The notes under the pieces were generated by a model. It did no database searches. It was given only the letters and a program-made list of their open reading frames with translations, and had not been told where the DNA came from. The translations under genes and the position numbers were made by a program. A DNA stretch of 64,000 bases from Blepharisma stoltei ATCC 30299 (Eukaryota; Protista; Ciliophora): the NCBI GenBank assembly GCA_965603825.1, contig CBFDEM010000024.1, forward strand, positions 558,001 to 622,000, given 5' to 3'. Positions 40,585 to 50,254 of the stretch are shown here, piece by piece; position 1 is the stretch's first letter, and each line of letters begins with the position of its first letter.

Positions 40585-42465
40585 ATGAGTAACCAAGATC
40601 TCAATGAACAATACAAGGAGATGCTAGGCAATATAGCATTAAGTGGAAAGGTTTTCTTAAAAGTCCTGGGAAATGCTGCACGTTTGACCTTCAATACTGC
40701 AGTTTTTCTTTTGAGTTGTGGATCTCTGGTTCGATGGAAACAGCCTCAAGCAAGAAATCCTCCTGAAAAAGCTCCAATTCAGAAGAATAAGAGCAAATCT
40801 CCACAAGTGAACCCAGATTCAACTGATAGCAGTGGAAATTCTGCTGTGGATGATACTGAAGATGCATTGAGATATCAAGTTCGACAGGAGCTTCAAACAT
40901 CAATTCCAAGAACCGCATCAAGAGATATGTTAAACAGGCTCATTCAAAGTCATGAATTCAGCCAAAGAGAAAGCTGGGTTGACAATCGACAGCAAGAAGA
41001 AGACATAATCGTCATCCCGTCTTTATCTATAGATCAAGGCGAACTCCAAAAAATCACAGCAGTCGGGTGCTATGAAGAAAGGCAGCTATGCACACTATTT
41101 TACTTAAAAAACCCAAGGTGTAGGCTGGTTTATGTTACAAGTATGCCAGTCGATAAAGCTATTGTCGATTATTATCTAAATCTACTTGAAGAAAACTCGA
41201 TAGTTACCGCAAACCAAGCGTCAAAAAGGCTTCTATTGCTCAGTTGTAACGACAGTTCTCCAATCCCACTAACCTCAAAAATCCTAAGAAGGCCTAAACT
41301 TATCCAAAAAATAAAAAATTTCATCAACCCTATCAAATCCCATATGATTTGCTTTATCAGCTCAAACCTCGAAAGAGATTTAGCCTTACAGCTAAGCGTC
41401 CCACTTTTCGCTAATGACCCTTCACTAACCTATTGGGGAACCAAAATTGGGTCCAGAAAAGCCTTTGAAAAAGCTGGCATAAAATTGCCAAGAGGGACAC
41501 AGCTAGTCCACTCAGCTGAAAATTTGGCTAATGAAATAGCAAAACTTTATAAGGAAAGAAATTTTGAGGTACAAAAATTCGTAGTAAAGCTTAATATTGG
41601 CTTTTCTGGGGAAGGAAATGCTATCATAAGAAGCAAATTTTTTGATAAAAATGATTTGGAGACGTCAATTTTGGAAGCTTTATGCACACATTTGGAATAT
41701 GTTTATAAGAAAGAAACATGGCAAACTTTTGTCCAGAAAATAATCCGTTTAGGAGTGCTAGCGGAGGAATGGATAGAAAATGCAGTGGAATCGCCATCAT
41801 GCCAAGCTTTGATAAACCCGAAAGGAAAAATTGAAGTTTTATCAACCCATGAGCAGTTATTAGCTGATGGGCTTACTTATATGGGCTGTGTTTTCCCTGC
41901 TTCTGAGGAGTATAGAAAGATTATTATGGAAAATACTTTGAAAATTGGACAAGTTTTAGCCAAAAAAGGATGCAAAGAACGCTTTGCTGTTGATTATGTA
42001 GTAAGACAAGAAGAAGGGGTTTGGGCAGCTTATGCTATAGAAATCAATTTAAGGTGGGGTGGGACTAGCCATCCTATGATTACAGCAAAAAATTTAACTG
42101 ATGCCCAGCTGACTGAAGATGGCATATTATTAGGAGCCGATGACCAAGCGAAATTTTATATAGCCACAGATACTGTTCAGAATGACGTCTATACAGGACT
42201 TACCCCAGCCGATTTCTTAGACTTCGTTAATTCTAACAAAGAGCTACAATTTGACAACGAAAATGCGGCTGGCGTTGTTTTCCATTTACTATCTGCAATT
42301 TCTGTATATGGAAAATTCGGGTTTACAGCAATTGGAAATTCTGCTGAAGAAGCGAAGGCTATTTTTGATAGAGCGCTGCAAGTATTGGAAAGAGAAGCAA
42401 ACCAAATCAGCTCACAGAAAAAGTTCACAGAGCTAGACCAAGTTATCCAGACACCAGATGATTAA
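40585..42465 (+). CDS. ATP-grasp amino-acid/peptide ligase, PGM1/BesA-related family
   Basis: IVIPSLSID..EL.KI.....YEER.L, NPRCRLVYVTSMP, IVDYYL.LL, RLLLLS..DSS..PL..KIL.RP, YWGTK.GSR, VVKLN.GFSGEGNA, SPSCQ, LSTHEQLL, IEINLRWGGTSHP, GVVFHL...S.YGKFG.TAIGNS. Recalled match to bacterial PGM1-related ligases. Confidence 0.8.
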   Translation: MSNQDLNEQYKEMLGNIALSGKVFLKVLGNAARLTFNTAVFLLSCGSLVRWKQPQARNPPEKAPIQKNKSKSPQVNPDSTDSSGNSAVDDTEDALRYQVRQELQTSIPRTASRDMLNRLIQSHEFSQRESWVDNRQQEEDIIVIPSLSIDQGELQKITAVGCYEERQLCTLFYLKNPRCRLVYVTSMPVDKAIVDYYLNLLEENSIVTANQASKRLLLLSCNDSSPIPLTSKILRRPKLIQKIKNFINPIKSHMICFISSNLERDLALQLSVPLFANDPSLTYWGTKIGSRKAFEKAGIKLPRGTQLVHSAENLANEIAKLYKERNFEVQKFVVKLNIGFSGEGNAIIRSKFFDKNDLETSILEALCTHLEYVYKKETWQTFVQKIIRLGVLAEEWIENAVESPSCQALINPKGKIEVLSTHEQLLADGLTYMGCVFPASEEYRKIIMENTLKIGQVLAKKGCKERFAVDYVVRQEEGVWAAYAIEINLRWGGTSHPMITAKNLTDAQLTEDGILLGADDQAKFYIATDTVQNDVYTGLTPADFLDFVNSNKELQFDNENAAGVVFHLLSAISVYGKFGFTAIGNSAEEAKAIFDRALQVLEREANQISSQKKFTELDQVIQTPDD

Positions 42466-43990
42466 TTATATGATTTAAACAAATATTTTTAGAAAATAAC
42501 TTTTTTAGGTTATTACTTTTTAATTAGAGTGTAGAATTTTGAATTTTCTTATGGATTGCAGTAGCAGTCCTTCAAAAATAAATCTAGCATTAATCCTCTT
42601 GCTGCATGCTTTATTTGATTCCAAAATGAGTCTTGTAAAACTACATTATTGAAATATCTGTACTCTCTTCTTAAAATATCTCAAATAGGCAATAAGCCAA
42701 TTCTAAATTATCTTTTTAAAAGAATTGTTGAAAGCATTTTTTGTAATGTTGAGTGACTACTCACTATGGGTGAAGCAACTGAAAGGATTGGGAGTCTTTA
42801 TGATAAAATTTTGTAATAATAAATACTTGAGGATGCTTTCACATAATTAGCACTTTTACTTAAGAATCGCTGCGTCCATTAACAACATTATGATCTTTCA
42901 TGTATATTTCCTGATAAATACATAAGACTTTTAAAAGCAGTCTCTAATAAGTCCTCTCCAAAGACTTGGTATGAAAGGCCATAATCTTGATAACAGCATA
43001 GGACTACTTACCTAATTGCATTGCTTCAAAAAGAATTGATTTCCTCCTACAATTTTCATTTAGCAATAAACTGCCAAAACTTTTAATCACTAATCAGCTT
43101 GCAGCTATGATGGATTTTTTATCAATAAGAGTCAAGCAATGCTAGCCTTTACAATTCAATTCTTTTGAAAATGTCATGGTGGCTAATCCAAAAATTTTCA
43201 GCTGCCTCCCACATCATAATAAATAATATAATCTTGAACCAGTTTTTCACCAAGTTGCAATAAGCCTTAAAACTATAGCAATTTCCTTGTGATAGCTTTT
43301 TTTTCTTTCATTTCACAAATCAAAAAATAGATTGTTGCGTAAACAAATTATGAGAAACTTTATCAATAATACCCAGATAAGAAAGATTGCTTATGAAGAT
43401 AGAGAAGACTCAAAAACAGTGCTTCAACTGGTAAAAATAGTGGACCATCAAAAAATGATTAAAATGATGGCTTAATAGCAAAAATGATGGATCAATCTCC
43501 TAACAAAATCTATCAGCCACTTGTTAGAGTATTATTATTTGAATATTTTGTGTCAATAAGAACATTAGGTAAAGCTAAATAAAAATTTGCAAAACTTATC
43601 AAAACAAATTTTTAGCATTTTATATCATATTTCTAATAAATAAAAGACCTTTAGACGCAAGATCAGTTTGAAATTGTTATCCCGTATTCCAATCTTCTCA
43701 TGGAGACACAAATACTATTGCAGGTTTTTTCAAATCTTTGTAATATCCATGCAATATAAATTCATCCAGCTGACGATGGGCTTTGAGAACAATTTTACCT
43801 GAGAGCATATTACACAGAAACCACCTTAAGTTGAGCTTAAAATTACTTATTCTAAAAAATTATTACTTACTATTTATCAATTATCAAAGCCAGTTTTTAT
43901 TAATTTTCCCGGGCTCTAATTCATTGAGATGATGCATATCTATTAAAAACAGTGATTACATAATCTTCAGCTTTATAGATATTAAGCTTT

Positions 43991-44345
43991 CTATGGCTCA
44001 TTCAAAATAGAATCGCTATCAAATATTGAAGGATCAACTGGGATATCAGTTGAGGCTGATGGCATCAAAAATCGACATTCTTCTAATGTCGAGCATAGCT
44101 CACTGGCAGAGTTTGTATCTATATCATATTGCGTGCTCGCATCTTTTCTAATATAAAATTTACTGTTGGGGTGATTCCTTACTTCTCTTTAATCTCATCT
44201 TTTGATGGTGCGATAAACATTGCTCAGGAGTTCTGGTGCCTACCTTCGTTGAAATTTCTTTTCAGGTTTTGCAAGATTTATAAGCTTCTTTATAACGTTG
44301 GTGCTCAGCTAGCGTTCATCGTCCTTTGCCTCGGTTTTTGCCCAT
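43991..44345 (-). CDS. Small single-repeat Myb/SANT protein (SHAQKYF-like class), ~112 aa; not in ORF track
   Basis: MGKNRGKGRWTLAEHQRYKEAYKSCKTWKEISTKVGTRTPEQCLSHHQK; both signature Trp are TGA. A 16-nt intron at 44148-44163 removes a TAA, and the frame continues to TAG at 43991-43993 (339 nt spliced). Confidence 0.85.
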
Positions 44346-45756
44346 GTTAAGTTCAGCTGAAAAAGAGTTTTTATAAATGGTTTAAAATTATAATTCAATA
44401 AATGGTCAAACTAACTTTATTGAATGTTCTGGTAAAAAATGGGTTGGATTATTAATCTGGGCAACTTAAAAGAAAGGGTAATAATGAAAATTTTGTGAAT
44501 TGGGAATTGTTTTAAGCCATCATTTTTTGAATAAAAATAGGCAGAATTCTTGGAAATCCAAAGAATAAATAATACAAATTACAATTTAGGTAAATTAAGA
44601 GATAAGCTTATAGAGATTTTATTAAACTGAATAAGAAAATAATTTGTGAGATAGGCTTGGTAGATTGATTTGATTATTTTCCTCTCTATTGTGTTTATGC
44701 TTTCATTTAAAATCTTTAAAATCCCAATAGTGTAATTCATAGACAAATTTTCCACCTTTGCTTCTTTCTCTCTCAAGAGCTAATGTTATATCGGTTGCGT
44801 GCTATTTGGTTTGAGCGTTTTTGATGGAAAGATATTTCTTCAAGTGTTTTTTGTCACATTTTTTTCCTTTTTATAAATTTGATAAATATTAACTATTTTT
44901 AACCGAGTCTGCATCTGCGATATTATGAATCGAATTGGTGAGCAGGCAGAAGATAGTATTTATAGAAACAGAGCGAGCTTTTGTATAAGCGTTAATAGCA
45001 TAAAATAGCAATTTTCCTCCTTTAAAAATCTATTCTTTAGGCTCTAGACGTTGAGGATCTTCTTTAACCTGCAAAATAATGTAGCATCAGCATATTTAAA
45101 GTTTTCCATCTAAGACGTCGTTAATAATAAAAAATTCGATCTTCGATTATTTGGTGCATTTCAAATAAAAAGGCTATTGTCTACAAATGAATCACTATTA
45201 ATCACGATTGCTTTAAAATAATAGAAACTTAGGGGAAGAGGAATTTTCTCTTATCCCCCTCCTAAGACAAAATTTCTTTTCAGATTAATTTATTTTGAAG
45301 AAGATCTATAATGCTGATTAAGTGATATAGAATTGCATTTTGTAATATAAGAATTTTTAAAAAACCTGCCAATGCTTTATCTGATTCCAATCTATTTTTG
45401 AATAATATTCGATAATTGGATGGACTCTTATATCTGCGAAGCAAGGATCTATAAAAAATAGACTCAAATTCCATTTCGTGGTTGCTCAGATAACTCTTGG
45501 GAATATAACTAGTCCTTGCCAGTGACATTTTTTGGACATAAAGCATTTACTTTTTTCTAAAAAATAGTGCAGTTGATCATGGCAATTGCTGGCTTATCCA
45601 ATCCTCTTGACATCGAAATTATATCCTCTATTATTTCCATAAGGTATATTGACCGCAATTCTTTCTAGGGTATTTTATCGATATTTGTTAAGCAATAAAT
45701 ATATCATAGCATTTAAATTAATACTTTTCATATTCTAACCTGATATAAAATCAAAA

Positions 45757-46761
45757 TTAATGTTTGTTATGCAATCTATTAAACCCAAAAGCCACTTTCT
45801 TTACTTCAGGTCGAATTATCTGTATTGTTGTATGACAAATTTTAAACTTTTCTTTACAAACCTGTGTAGCTGCTTCTAACGAAATTTCCGGGGAATTAGA
45901 AATCAAATGGCAGGATAGCGAAGTATTGCCTGCGCTTAAGCTTCATACATGTAAATCGTCTAAATTAATAACTCCTTCAACCTATTTATATAATACTTTT
46001 TTAAGAGCCTCTTTTATTTCTTTTATTTTTACCCCTTTAGGGGTTGCCTCCAGCAATATTCCTATGCATTCTTTAATTATCGGGAATGTTGTAAAAGTTA
46101 CAATAATAGAAAATAATAAAGTGCATAAAGGGTCTGCTAGGCTTCAGGTAGGCTCGATAAAAATAATTATTGATGCTATTATAACTCCTATGCTTTGTAA
46201 AATATCGCCAAGAATATGTAGAGCTGCAGCTCGGATATTGAGGTCTCCATGCTCGTGATGATGATGATGATGATGATGATCGTGATGGGAATGAGAACTG
46301 TGAAGGACTTTTCCCATTATTATATTGCAAAGGAGCCCAACAATTGCAGTGATCAGCATAATAAACCCGTCTACCTTTTCTGGGACGATTATTCTATAGA
46401 TAGCTTCATATAGCAAAAAGGAGGTTAATATCAATATTAAAATGATGCTCATCAAGGCACCTATGACTTCTGCTCTGTGATATCCAAATGACATTGTCCT
46501 TGAAGCTGGTCTTGCTGCTAATAAAAGAGAAAATACGCTTATCCCAAATCCCAAAAGGTCTGATAGCATATGGGCTGCATCAGTCAAGATTGCCAAAGAA
46601 TTGGCTAAAACTCCACCTATGACTTCAGAAATCATGAAAAGTGTGCATATTGCAGAGACGACATAAAGCTTTTTAAGTGATGCTGTTTTATTATTTCGCC
46701 TTATCAAAATTTTGGTTTCGTCATCAAAAACTAAAGGGTCAAATAAAACATTTTCTTTCAT
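45757..46761 (-). CDS. Cation diffusion facilitator zinc transporter (SLC30/ZnT2-like)
   Basis: SLAILTDAAHMLSD, MSFGYHRAEVIGA, His-rich loop, NIRAAALHILGD, DPLCT, LLEATP, DLHVWSLS (W=TGA), HTTIQ. 15-nt intron at 45982-45996; TAA stop at 45757-45759. Confidence 0.93.
46256..46280. repeat. (TGA/CAT)n microsatellite encoding the poly-His loop of the zinc transporter
   Basis: About 8 tandem TGA units on +, read as His codons on -. Confidence 0.85.
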
Positions 46762-46869
46762 TTAATTTAAACTTTATAGGTTCTTCAATATTTTGATATG
46801 GAAATTGCATTTATAATAGATACCATTTAATCAATTTACAAATTAAAAAAATTTAAAAATCGCAAATCT

Positions 46870-48390
46870 TTAAGATTGATTACTCAAAAGCTTCATTTTT
46901 GCTCTTACCGACTCAATTAGCATATCGTTAACTTGCTCTTCAAGATTAATTGCTTGTGAGTACAAAGGTGTAATTGATTTGGCGATAATTTCCCTTTTTC
47001 TTGCTAATTTTTCTATATGACTCGCTTGGTCTTGGATATTTTTTATTCCTTTTTCCATCTCATAATCCCAATTTATATTAGCTTTTTCTCCAATAGGATA
47101 CTCCACACTTATATTTGATCTATATTTTCTCCTTTCAGCCAGATAGTCCACGATTTTTGCTTTATTCTTTATCTCAGGCACCACACTTTTTGCTTGGGAA
47201 TGCCTCTTTTGGCTATGAATTTCTGTATCTTGTCTTATGACAGATAAACTTCTATTTACCTTCAGCTTTTCCTGCTTTATGATATTTCCCTTCTTTCTTT
47301 TTTCTATTTTCATCAATAATTCATATCTTTTTTTCATATCAATAACTGGTGTGAACATTTCTTTTACAATTTCTGCATAGTTTCTTTGTTTTTGGCTCAT
47401 TATTTTTTTCTCATAAGCTTCTCTATCTTTTTCTAACTTTTCCTTTTTTTGCTGTTCTATGGCTTTGATTAATGATGTTGTTTGTAGCTGTGCAATCGTG
47501 GCTGCGTCGATTTTTTCGTCAGTTTTTTTCTCTGATTTTTCTTTTTCACGTCTTTTTTCAGCTTCTTTATGAATTTCTTCAAGTTTTTGTGCATGGCATT
47601 CTAGATCATCATGACTTAAAGGTCTATATAACAGATGAATTTTCGCAAGCTCAGTTTTTCGCTTTTCCAGTTCTGGAAGCTCGATATTTGTTTTGAATTT
47701 TTCTTCTAAAACTTGAAAAGTTGGTTTCTCAAAGGATTTTTGTGAGGATTCTTTGAGAAATTTTCGCATTTCTTTTATATTTTCTTTTCTTTCCTGAGCT
47801 TTTATTTTCAATTCTTCTAGCTTTTTCTGCTTCAAAATTCTTGCTTCTTCTTCCATTTCTTGTTTTGCCAGCATCAATTCTTCTGCCTCTTTAATTAGTT
47901 TTTCCTGTCTTTGTGCTTCTAACTTTTCTATCACAATTTTTCGTTTTAATTTTTCTTCGTTGAGCCTTTTTGTCAATTCTTTGAATTTTTTTACTTTTTG
48001 TTGGTGCTCTTCTTCAGACTCATTTATTAATTTTTTATGACTTTGATGACTTGGCAATGATTGTTCAAGGAAGGAGATTGAGTCATCTAAAAGCTTTAAT
48101 TGGCTTTTTAGATGTTTTTTTTTAGTCTTTGCTTCTTCAAGCTTTCTATGCTGCAACCTAAATGATACATCTTCTGATAACAAATTTTCAGATTGAGATT
48201 GCTGATGATCAGGCGTAACAATTCGATATTTTCTGGTTAAAATAGTAATACGCTTCGTAGCATTATGTTTAGCTTGTTCAAGTCTTGCTGCTAAAGCCTG
48301 CATAAATGTTACTCTATAAACGGGCTGTTCGAGATTTAAAACTTTAAGAGAATTTGTTAAAACTTGCAATGGAGTTTTGGGTTTTTGCAT
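46870..48390 (-). CDS. Hypothetical K/E-rich coiled-coil protein, 506 aa
   Basis: Uninterrupted ORF with long charged helical tracts; no recognised domain. Confidence 0.8.
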   Translation of the reverse strand: MQKPKTPLQVLTNSLKVLNLEQPVYRVTFMQALAARLEQAKHNATKRITILTRKYRIVTPDHQQSQSENLLSEDVSFRLQHRKLEEAKTKKKHLKSQLKLLDDSISFLEQSLPSHQSHKKLINESEEEHQQKVKKFKELTKRLNEEKLKRKIVIEKLEAQRQEKLIKEAEELMLAKQEMEEEARILKQKKLEELKIKAQERKENIKEMRKFLKESSQKSFEKPTFQVLEEKFKTNIELPELEKRKTELAKIHLLYRPLSHDDLECHAQKLEEIHKEAEKRREKEKSEKKTDEKIDAATIAQLQTTSLIKAIEQQKKEKLEKDREAYEKKIMSQKQRNYAEIVKEMFTPVIDMKKRYELLMKIEKRKKGNIIKQEKLKVNRSLSVIRQDTEIHSQKRHSQAKSVVPEIKNKAKIVDYLAERRKYRSNISVEYPIGEKANINWDYEMEKGIKNIQDQASHIEKLARKREIIAKSITPLYSQAINLEEQVNDMLIESVRAKMKLLSNQS

Positions 48391-48600
48391 TTATGTCATA
48401 AATTTATCTTCTTAAATTTTCACATCAGCCCTAATATATATATATGGTTTAAATGAAATAGAATGATATTAAGACTTAGAAAAAAAAACTTAAGCCAGAA
48501 ATTCTCATTCAATTGCCTTCACATTTCTTAATAAGATATTAAGCGAGACTAAACGGTTAGTATGGCGACATAAGCTTGTAATAAAACGGGTAATAAAAAA

Positions 48601-49104
48601 ATGAAAACCAGCGAGTTCTTTTCTAATACCTTTTCTTATAAAGAAGCTTCATTTAGTAGCTCTCACTATATTTCGGCTGACGAGCTACTGCATGGTCATG
48701 AATATTATCTAACTTTATCACTGCAGTGAATCGCACTCAACAATGGTTTCAATCTAAATCCAAATTTTATTAAAAGTTTACTACTAGAAATCTGCAGCAC
48801 TTTTAACCAGAAAATTATGATCCCTGAATTCTCAATCGATTTCCCAATCGAAGACTTCGATGATCATCTCAGAATAAATTTTCAAAATATTCATTTTGAT
48901 TTCCCCAAAAGGAATTGCATAATGCTTCCGATCATCAGCACCACTTGTGAAGAGCTATCAAAATATTTTAGTAGAATAATCTTAGAAAGATTCTACCAAG
49001 AATTTAAAAGCAATCTAAGAATTGACAATTTGAGGGTAACAGTGGCGGAACTCTATCAACAACAAGAAGGCACAACGGGGATTTGTATTAAATCTTGCAA
49101 TTAA
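48601..49104 (+). CDS. 6-pyruvoyl-tetrahydropterin synthase family protein (PTPS-III-type E-x2-HGH motif), 167 aa
   Basis: Reading TGA 48727 as Trp extends ORF 48817 back to ATG 48601: FSSSH...DELLHGHEY, then LPIISTTCEELSKYF and RVTVAE, the T-fold PTPS/QueD motifs. Confidence 0.8.
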
Positions 49105-50254
49105 TTTTAATAGAAACTTAAAGGTAATGATGTCATCGATTTATTGTTGGCTTATATGAAAATTAGCTGGTGAAAAAATATGAGAGCGCTTATTTCTTCA
49201 ATAACTAAAGTTTTTTATAATAGCATGAGTTCAATATTTATAGATTAAAACAGAAAGGCTTAGGCAAGTATTATATATGATTATCCGCAATATAAAATAT
49301 TTCTTAAAAACTATAAGACTGCCATTAGTCAGGTGAGAATGTTTATCTTTATTTTCTCTTGATTAGGAGTGAGAGAGTCGATAATTTTTCTTCGAAATCA
49401 TAAATCTTTGTCGATAAAATTGATTTTTAAATAATCTTAGCTTGAATCCATTTATCCATATTTATGACATCATAAGTCTTATGCCAACTTTAAGCTAGTT
49501 TTTATTTATGAATAAAATAGGGAATTTGAAATTTCTAATACTTTTCCTCAATATACTCAATCTCTCTTTTATATACTCGCATTTATTTCCTTATCAAATG
49601 GACATATACTTTATTATAATAACAAAGGTGTGATAGTAAGAAAAAACTATATAAATAATAAACTTAAAAATTCTTTGGCATTTTTTGCTACCAAAACGAG
49701 ACTTTAAAATATTGTTAATTCGATTCCACTCAAGAAAGACAAAAATGTATTTCACCAAATTTAATGAGTTAGCTAAAAAAACTCTATTTTTTTTGTATTC
49801 AATATTCTCATGTTGGATGCTTAGGATTAGTTAAATCTAAATTTTGTTATGAGCCATCGTAATGAGGATTGCAAGTCTCAAAAGCTATTTCCTGCATCTA
49901 ATAATAGGTAGGAGATAAAGCATATAAAATACAAATAGAGTACCTTTAGTTCGAAATCATTTTTATATAGCTGCACTAGAAAATCTCATAGCTCTCCATT
50001 TAATTATATTTTATCATAATATTTTAAAATAAATTATAAAAACTGAAAGAAAGCTAAAAGTATTGCATAAAAAATATAAAAAGTTAATTTGCTTCCTTCC
50101 CTGGAAGCTCACAAAACCTTATCAATTCCTATTTTCCCAAAAATTCAAAAAATTCTATCCAAATCCCCTAAAAACCCCAATTACTCAAACTCTCCTCAAA
50201 AACCCCTTTAACTTATTCACTTCTTTAAATTTGCTTAATCTCTCCTTTATAAAT

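Noticed and set aside
44129-44350. Plus-strand 73-aa ORF
   Set aside because: It is the antisense shadow of the minus-strand Myb gene.
37765-49104. Biosynthetic gene cluster (UGDH, ATP-grasp ligase, Myb, PTPS)
   Set aside because: These genes are interspersed with unrelated housekeeping genes and share no coherent pathway; there is no evidence beyond proximity.
50063-50254. N-terminal extension of VPS8 from a TTG start
   Set aside because: Non-ATG start and low-complexity, G-poor sequence typical of a leader or promoter; ATG 50255 follows an AT-rich context like the other starts.
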